NCBI GenBank assembly: GCA_048058975.1
Contig: JBLLNP010000010.1
Location: forward strand, 59,473-83,472
DNA: 24,000 bases
From: Balneola sp.
Lineage (GTDB): Bacteria > Bacteroidota > Rhodothermia > Balneolales > Balneolaceae
Reading direction: 5' to 3'
The notes beneath the pieces are model-generated. The model searched no databases, was not told the DNA's origin, and worked only from the letters and a program-made list of their open reading frames with translations. Position numbers and translations under genes: made by a program. Shown piece by piece: positions 6,906 to 13,113 of this stretch; position 1 is the first letter of the stretch, and every line of letters begins with the position of its first letter.

Positions 6906-9893
6906 ATTCATTCACTGGTCATTATTTTATGTTGTTTATTTAGTTCTACCATTGTAAACGGCCAAAATAGTGATGATGAAGATTTTGAAGTATACCTGTC
7001 TTTTCGACACCGCGGAATAATTAACACGGTTATCATTTCTTATTATAAGAATGATGAATTCTATCTTCCTGTAAACGATATTTTCTCTAAGTTTCAGATT
7101 GAAACTGAAATTTCAGGTATTAAAACCTCCGGGCGCTTTGGCGTAGAACAAACTCCCTATTCTATTGATTTCACAGAACAGGTTATCCGTTTTGGGGATG
7201 AAAGTTACACCCTCACCAAAGAAGAGTTTCTGATTAAAGATCTGGACAATTATATGCCCGCAAGAATATTTAATGAAGTATTCGGGCTTAATTTCGAAGT
7301 AGATTTTAATAACCTCGCTCTTTCTCTCGATACAGAAAAAGAACTACCTATCGTTGAACGTGCAATCAGAAATCAGAGAAGAAATTTAGCCAATCAAAAC
7401 AGAACGGGGATCTCCTATTTCCCGCTAGAAAAAAAACGATCCTTCAGTTTGCTGGATGGTGGCTTTGCTGATTATAGTTTCTCATCGGCCACTAACCGTG
7501 AACGAACTAATTTTAGTGCAAGTACAGCTTTAGGGCTTCAACTGGCAGGTGGGGACCTTGAAGGCACTATTTTTGGAAACTACAACAAAGATGATTCCTT
7601 TATTGAAACTAATTCACTTCGCTGGAGGTACGTCATCAGAAACAATCCGGCAATATCAACCATTACAGCTGGACAAACTAACCTTGATGGCGTTGTAAAT
7701 GCGCCATACACTGGTATTAGACTTACTAATCAACCTAATGAACCCAGAAGATTCTTTGATGAGTTTGCAATCGATGGAAATACTTTCCCGCTTTCTGAAG
7801 TTGAACTCTACCTGAATAATTCACTTGTTGACTTCCAGACTGCTGATGACGCCGGGAATTACCGATTCCTCACTCCTTTATATTATGGCTCTTCCCAGCT
7901 GGATATCCGAATTTTTGGCCCGACAGGTCAAACAGTGGAACAATCTTCCAGAATTCAGGTCCCTTTCACTTTTTTACCCAAAGGAGTGCTAAACTATAAT
8001 CTAAATGCCGGTATTCTGGATAATCCCCTTTTCGGAACTACAGAACGAACCAATGTTTTTACTGCAAACTCTGCGTTTGGAGTAACAAAATGGATGACTG
8101 CAAAAGTAGGGTATGAGTTTTATGAAGGCTCAGGAATTGTGGAAGATAATTCCGCTTTAACAGGAACTATCTCTTCTCGGCTGCTTTCGAATTATATACT
8201 CACCCTCGAAGGTGTTTCAGGTGGGTATTACCGCTCTGCTCTTAATGCCGTTTATGCCAGTTCCGCAAGTATTAATGTTGATTATATCAACTTTATTGAC
8301 AATGCGACAATCTATAACAGTTCGAGTAATGATCAACAAATCCTGGCAAATGTCTTCTTCCCCATTTCTCTTGGGAACTTCCCTTTAAGTGTCCGTACCT
8401 CCATTTTCTCCCGGTTTAGAGATGACATCAGTTTTTCTACGTTTCGTATGGATCTTAATGCTCGTTTGAGGAAGTTGAATTTAAGACTAGGTTATACCGA
8501 GCGATTAAACAACTCATTCCAGGTCTTTAACTTTGAGAATAATTCTACCCTTGAAGCTGCATTAACCTACAACGTACCAAGGACAAGAGACATACCAGGC
8601 TTCATTCGCGGCACTTTATTCAGAGGTCAATTCCGGTACGATCCAAAGGAAAAAAAACCGGAAATATTTGAATTACTGTATTCAAGAAGTGTAACAACCA
8701 ATGGGAGGTTGCAGCTTACCTTGGGCAGAAACTTCCAATCAGAATTTAACTCCATTCGCTTCAATTTTGTGATAGATTTTGGGAAAGTAAGGTCTAATTC
8801 TACATTTACAATGCTGGGAGATAATTATAATGTCACTCAAAACTTCAGGGGATCAGTTGGGTACGACTCTAATTACAAGAACTTTTTATTCACAAGCAGA
8901 GACCAGGTAGGAAGATCGGGGGCCGCTGTTAAGCTATTTGTTGACAACAACAATAATAACACCTTTGACGAAGGAGATGAGCCTATTAACGAAGGCACCA
9001 TTCGGGTTGGGCGAAGCGGTACATCTTCTACTCAAAAAGACGGGATTTTTTACTATACACAGATGTTGCCCTATTTCCAGTACAATCTGGAAATGAATAA
9101 AGGCTCTATCAGAAACCCTATGCTTGTTCCCGAACTGGAGAAATTCTCGATTATTACCGATCCCAACTCTTTCAAAAAAATTGAAATTCCGTTTTACATG
9201 TCTGGTATTATTGAAGGAGAAGTAATCAGACAATATCTAAACGGAGGTGAAAAAGGTATTGGTGGTCTTAAACTGGTATTAAGCTCTTTAGAAAAGGATT
9301 TTGTTAAAGAAATCAGAACGTATTCTGATGGAAGTTTTTATGAATATGAATTGCCTCCGGGTAAATATGAAATTGTTGTAGATCAGGGACAGCTGGACAT
9401 CCTGAACTCGAAATCTCTCCCTGAAAAAATTGAGCTCGAAATCGAAGCTATACCCGAAGGAGACTTCCTTGAGGGAATAAACTTTACCCTTGTCCCTGTT
9501 GATTTCGAAGAACAACCTGAGGAAGTAGAAACCGTAACAGAAGCTCCGGTTACCTTAGCGGATGTCCCCATCGAAATAATTAATTCCCCTGAAGTTATCC
9601 TTTATGAACAACAGCTACTTACTAATGTTGAAAAAGCTTTACGTTTGATTATTCTAACGCAAAATGCCTTCTTCGAAAAAGACTTTGAAACCGCATTTGG
9701 CTATATTAATGAGTCACTTAACAACTTCGAGACGGCACAAGGATACGCTTTAAAAGGCAGTATACAGTATTTTCAGGGAGACCGAACCGGTGCAGTAACC
9801 AGCTGGAGAATGGCTTTGCGGTTCGATCCTGATATTTACATCCCTACTCTCGAAGAGTTAGATCAAAAAGTAACGGTTAGTTCTTCTGAATAA
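6906..9893 (+). CDS. Usher-like outer-membrane fimbrial assembly protein with a C-terminal acidic linker and TPR-like extension; the 5' end is uncertain (no canonical start before ATG 7254)
   Basis: The frame is open from 6903. Codons 6906-7253 encode a signal-peptide-like segment (IHSLVIILCCLFSSTIVNGQ) and an usher-N-domain-like segment (EVYLSFRHRGIINTVIISYYKNDEFYLPVNDIFSKFQIE). The body has an amphipathic beta-strand pattern rich in aromatic-terminated strands (TAKVGYEFY, LRLGYTERL, LEAALTYNV, IRFNFVIDFG). Two beta-sandwich-like modules follow, including GIIEGEVIR...GGLKLVL...TYSDGSFYEYELPPGKYEIVV. The first ATG/GTG/TTG in frame is at 7254. Confidence 0.6.
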   Translation: MHSLVIILCCLFSSTIVNGQNSDDEDFEVYLSFRHRGIINTVIISYYKNDEFYLPVNDIFSKFQIETEISGIKTSGRFGVEQTPYSIDFTEQVIRFGDESYTLTKEEFLIKDLDNYMPARIFNEVFGLNFEVDFNNLALSLDTEKELPIVERAIRNQRRNLANQNRTGISYFPLEKKRSFSLLDGGFADYSFSSATNRERTNFSASTALGLQLAGGDLEGTIFGNYNKDDSFIETNSLRWRYVIRNNPAISTITAGQTNLDGVVNAPYTGIRLTNQPNEPRRFFDEFAIDGNTFPLSEVELYLNNSLVDFQTADDAGNYRFLTPLYYGSSQLDIRIFGPTGQTVEQSSRIQVPFTFLPKGVLNYNLNAGILDNPLFGTTERTNVFTANSAFGVTKWMTAKVGYEFYEGSGIVEDNSALTGTISSRLLSNYILTLEGVSGGYYRSALNAVYASSASINVDYINFIDNATIYNSSSNDQQILANVFFPISLGNFPLSVRTSIFSRFRDDISFSTFRMDLNARLRKLNLRLGYTERLNNSFQVFNFENNSTLEAALTYNVPRTRDIPGFIRGTLFRGQFRYDPKEKKPEIFELLYSRSVTTNGRLQLTLGRNFQSEFNSIRFNFVIDFGKVRSNSTFTMLGDNYNVTQNFRGSVGYDSNYKNFLFTSRDQVGRSGAAVKLFVDNNNNNTFDEGDEPINEGTIRVGRSGTSSTQKDGIFYYTQMLPYFQYNLEMNKGSIRNPMLVPELEKFSIITDPNSFKKIEIPFYMSGIIEGEVIRQYLNGGEKGIGGLKLVLSSLEKDFVKEIRTYSDGSFYEYELPPGKYEIVVDQGQLDILNSKSLPEKIELEIEAIPEGDFLEGINFTLVPVDFEEQPEEVETVTEAPVTLADVPIEIINSPEVILYEQQLLTNVEKALRLIILTQNAFFEKDFETAFGYINESLNNFETAQGYALKGSIQYFQGDRTGAVTSWRMALRFDPDIYIPTLEELDQKVTVSSSE

Positions 9894-9895
9894 CA

Positions 9896-11755
9896 ATGCA
9901 TTCGATTAACAACTTACATATCGGATCAGGTTTTTTACCATGGAAGAAGTACACCCTGAATTGGATGAAAACTCTGTTTTCCTCTATTCTGTTTATTGTT
10001 ATTGCTGTTTTAACATTTTCGGCTTCAGTTCTTGCACAAAACGCTGTTGATCCAGCAAATTCTCAGTCTCTCGATCTTAAAGTCTCCTCGTTGGAGCAAA
10101 GCTATGATGCCCAGGTTTACTTACTGCTCTCTAATTACTTCGACCGTAAAAAATTCTTCGTAAATACAGGAATAAACGCAGAATTTGTTGATGAAACTAT
10201 TGAAACTACTTCGAATGCGATCGTCAGGAATCAACCGGATCCGATAATTATGCCTGGTCTTCCCTTCCTTCCTCAGGAGAATCTAAGACAACCGAGCGGT
10301 ATCGGCGAGTCGCCTGAAACAGTCGTAAATCAAAATACGGTTCGCACTCTACGGTTAATTGATGTGAATATCAGTATCTATGCTGATACCTCCTTTAATG
10401 CTGAGGAAATCCAGTTTATGCGATTACTAACGGGAATTTCTGCGAAAATTAATGAATCCCGTGGCGATGTAATCACCATTGCTCAGATCCCTATTCCAAA
10501 ATTCGGAGATGATGACCCTGTTCGTATTGTTCAGACAGAACCGGAAGATTTTAACCTTGTTGCATCATTCAGGCAGTACATTCCAGGCTTTGTACTTTTA
10601 TTTTTGTTTGGCATGATTATGTTTGTAAGTCACTACTTCAACAACAAATCGAACAATAATCGCGTCTCTCCTCTCCAGCAAAGAGAGAGTATTAAACACG
10701 ATATTAGCATTAGTGACTACAATCCCCGCACAGTAGAACAAGTAATGGTAAATGGGAGTACTCAACGGGATCCTTCCATTGAAGTAGATGAATTGATTGA
10801 AAGCTTCTTTACCAAATCACAGGAAATTTCCCTCTTATTTGAATTCTGGATGTCCGATTCTCCTGAAGAAGGAATTACTAAAGCAGCTGAAGTAGTGGCT
10901 AGTGTTGACCAAAGCCTGCTTAGGGCCATCAAAAATGATATGCAAAGCGAAAACTATGAAGCTATTGTTACTGCTTTGGAAGAGTTACAACCGATGACCT
11001 CTGAGTATAAAAACTCGGTAATCAGAAATTTCAATTCCGTTCTTCGATCAGGAAACAAAAACTCACTCAGTTCAAAAAAGAACGGTCACATTACACTTTT
11101 CAAGTTTTTAGATCATATCAACGAGCGCCAAATGGTGAACCTGTTAGAAGACGAAGGCTACCAAACCGGAGCTTTGATTTTAGATTATCTGCCAGATGAT
11201 AAAGCTGCACGTATACTCGATCGTCTTGATAAAACGAAGAGTACAAACATCATGCTTAAAATGACCACTATAAATACCATCCCCTACAAACTTCAGAGTG
11301 AGATTTCTGCCCGGTTGTTTGAAAAGGCAATGGATTTAATTGATGAAGAGCGCGAACAGCGTCTTGGAGCGGAAAACATACTGCCAGTACTTGATAAACT
11401 TCCCCTTAGCGAGCAACAAAATTATATCGACCAACTAAAGGCAACAAATTCTATAGTAGGCGAAATTGTAGAACGACAGTTTATCACGGTTGATCAGGTA
11501 ATTAGCCTGACAGACGATATCATAAAAGATGCACTCAAAGATATAAACACCTCCACCCTGTTGGATGCCATCATCGGGCTGGATCAAAAACTGATCGATA
11601 AAATCTTATCCGTAAGGCCAAGAAGAGAGCAACGACTAATTCGCCTTGAATTAAGTGAAATGGGAGGTAATACTTCGAAAGATACTACCTACGCGAAAGC
11701 TAAAATGATGGAATCTATTCGAAATACTGTGAAAGAATCCAAAAAAGATCAGTAA
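9896..11755 (+). CDS. Membrane protein combining a FliF/SctJ-like periplasmic segment, a TM helix and a complete FliG-like (N, M, C) cytoplasmic region
   Basis: The ATG lies 2 nt after the usher stop, and an alternative ATG at 9965 gives MKTLFSSILFIVIAVLTFSASVLAQ|N. The periplasmic part ends ...TLRLIDVNISIYADTSFNAEEIQFMRLLTGISAKINESRGDVITIAQIPIP, followed by the TM helix YIPGFVLLFLFGMIMFVSHYF. The cytoplasmic part contains LLEDEGYQTGALILDYLPDDKAARILDRL (FliG-M, EHPQ-motif region) and LLDAIIGLDQKLIDKILSVRPRREQRLIRLELSEMG (FliG-C-like). Confidence 0.7.
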   Translation: MHSINNLHIGSGFLPWKKYTLNWMKTLFSSILFIVIAVLTFSASVLAQNAVDPANSQSLDLKVSSLEQSYDAQVYLLLSNYFDRKKFFVNTGINAEFVDETIETTSNAIVRNQPDPIIMPGLPFLPQENLRQPSGIGESPETVVNQNTVRTLRLIDVNISIYADTSFNAEEIQFMRLLTGISAKINESRGDVITIAQIPIPKFGDDDPVRIVQTEPEDFNLVASFRQYIPGFVLLFLFGMIMFVSHYFNNKSNNNRVSPLQQRESIKHDISISDYNPRTVEQVMVNGSTQRDPSIEVDELIESFFTKSQEISLLFEFWMSDSPEEGITKAAEVVASVDQSLLRAIKNDMQSENYEAIVTALEELQPMTSEYKNSVIRNFNSVLRSGNKNSLSSKKNGHITLFKFLDHINERQMVNLLEDEGYQTGALILDYLPDDKAARILDRLDKTKSTNIMLKMTTINTIPYKLQSEISARLFEKAMDLIDEEREQRLGAENILPVLDKLPLSEQQNYIDQLKATNSIVGEIVERQFITVDQVISLTDDIIKDALKDINTSTLLDAIIGLDQKLIDKILSVRPRREQRLIRLELSEMGGNTSKDTTYAKAKMMESIRNTVKESKKDQ

Positions 11756-11760
11756 CTCCT

Positions 11761-12303
11761 ATCAGGAAGAAAAGAAACATATCACTGGTAACCTTTAGCT
11801 TTCTGGGTATTTTTTTACTCTCTTTAGCTTGTGGATCATCAAGAGAAACCTCATCTCCTGCGGAAACTCCGACTGTGCAGGATAATAGTGTGAATATTGT
11901 CGATACTCCCGTTCAAGCAGCTCTTGAGGACACTGTAAGTCCTGAACAGAAACGCAGAGAACAACTCACTGAGCTTTATAAAGAAGAATTAAGCGATCAA
12001 TATCAGGCAGATGCTAACGGATTGATTAACTTCTACATTCTGGCACAGCAACGTTTTTTTACTGGCGATTACCAAAACGCGCTTATTCTTATTAATCGTG
12101 CGGCTTCAATAAAAGAAAATGCAGATGTACTGGCTTTGAAAGGCAGCATTTACCTTGGTCTTGGGCAAACTGAGAATTTTGTGGCTAATTGGAGACAGGC
12201 ACTGGAATTGGATGCAGATGTTCCAATCCCCCCTCTCCCTTATATAGTACAGCAGCTACAACTAAATGGGTTGTTAGACGAAAATCTTCAAAAGGCTTTT
12301 TAA
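11761..12303 (+). CDS. TPR-like lipoprotein; the 5' end is inferred at a non-canonical ATC (first canonical start is GTG 11875)
   Basis: The frame is open from 11704. Codons 11761-11832 read (I/M)RKKRNISLVTFSFLGIFLLSLAC|GSS, a textbook lipoprotein signal with lipobox Cys. The C-terminal half (FFTGDYQNALILINRAASIKENADVLALKGSIYLGLGQTENFVANWRQALELDADVPIP) is TPR-like and paralogous to the usher C-terminus. Confidence 0.6.
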   Translation: MRKKRNISLVTFSFLGIFLLSLACGSSRETSSPAETPTVQDNSVNIVDTPVQAALEDTVSPEQKRREQLTELYKEELSDQYQADANGLINFYILAQQRFFTGDYQNALILINRAASIKENADVLALKGSIYLGLGQTENFVANWRQALELDADVPIPPLPYIVQQLQLNGLLDENLQKAF

Positions 12304-12304
12304 A

Positions 12305-13102
12305 GTGAGAACTTCTGTATTAAACATTTTAAGCTTTCTGGTTTCCGTAGTATTTCTTGGATGGGGAGCACTCCTCGTAATGGGATTTACCCAATATGAT
12401 TTAATCCCATCTGAATATAGCTTTCTTAACCTGCCTAGTTTGGCCATCGTTTTTGGCGGAATTTCTGCCAGTGTTTTTATCAGTTATCCGTTTCGTAAAG
12501 TAGTACAGGCCTTAAGAGACAGTACCAAGTTGTTTTCGCAGAGTACCATTACCGACGAGATGCTTGAACGGGATATAGATGATATCCTGGAATGGCAAAA
12601 AATGATAAATGCCGATAAAATTCAGGCTGTTTCCGAGCTTAGCAAAACCTACAACGATCGTTTTGAAGGATATCTTTTTTCCGTGCTGGATACCAATTAC
12701 TCAACCGAGGAATTGAGAGAGCTAGGTGAAATAAACATCACAGAAAACTACACAAGGCAGCAGCAAATAAACCAGATCATAGCCAGTATGGGACGAACCT
12801 CACCCGTTTTTGGTATGCTTGGAACCCTTTTTGGACTTGTAGTAATTCTTTCGGGATTTAGTGAAGTTGAATCTTTGCTAACCGGTCTTGGAGCAGCCTT
12901 AATGACTACTCTTTACGGAATCATAATTGGGAACTTTGTTTTTACCCCAATGGCAAAAAAGATGAATAATATTGCTTCTTTGCAATATTTCCGCGAAAAA
13001 CTAATCCTGGAGGGGATTATTCTTATCGAAGAACGAAAAACATCCCTACAGATCTACGACCGCTTGCAAGCACATATGCGTCGGGGAAGTTATAAACTCT
13101 AA
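12305..13102 (+). CDS. motA: MotA/PomA-type proton-channel stator subunit (MotA_ExbB family, 4 TM)
   Basis: The GTG start lies 1 nt after the previous stop. There are two N-terminal TM helices, a cytoplasmic loop of about 100 aa, then SPVFGMLGTLFGLVVILSGF and LGAALMTTLYGIIIGNFVFTPMAKKM. These are the conserved TM3/TM4 with the Pro residues typical of MotA. The topology is 4-TM MotA-like rather than 3-TM ExbB/TolQ-like. Confidence 0.8.
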   Translation: MRTSVLNILSFLVSVVFLGWGALLVMGFTQYDLIPSEYSFLNLPSLAIVFGGISASVFISYPFRKVVQALRDSTKLFSQSTITDEMLERDIDDILEWQKMINADKIQAVSELSKTYNDRFEGYLFSVLDTNYSTEELRELGEINITENYTRQQQINQIIASMGRTSPVFGMLGTLFGLVVILSGFSEVESLLTGLGAALMTTLYGIIIGNFVFTPMAKKMNNIASLQYFREKLILEGIILIEERKTSLQIYDRLQAHMRRGSYKL

Positions 13103-13113
13103 GAGCTTTATTT

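Noticed and set aside
6929-6943. ATG-TTG-TTT-ATT-TAG mini-ORF as a leader peptide
   Set aside because: At only 4 codons it has no independent support. I kept it only as one possible route (+1 shift) into the usher frame in the start-codon finding.
84-9571. Minus-strand ORFs inside the accessory block (84-383, 542-847, 1043-1264, 1738-1938, 2552-2758, 2867-3079, 3656-3886, 4142-4333, 5056-5271, 5533-5787, 6462-6662, 8934-9233, 9288-9571)
   Set aside because: All of them overlap longer + strand ORFs with signal peptides, SD sites and family motifs. None has features of its own.
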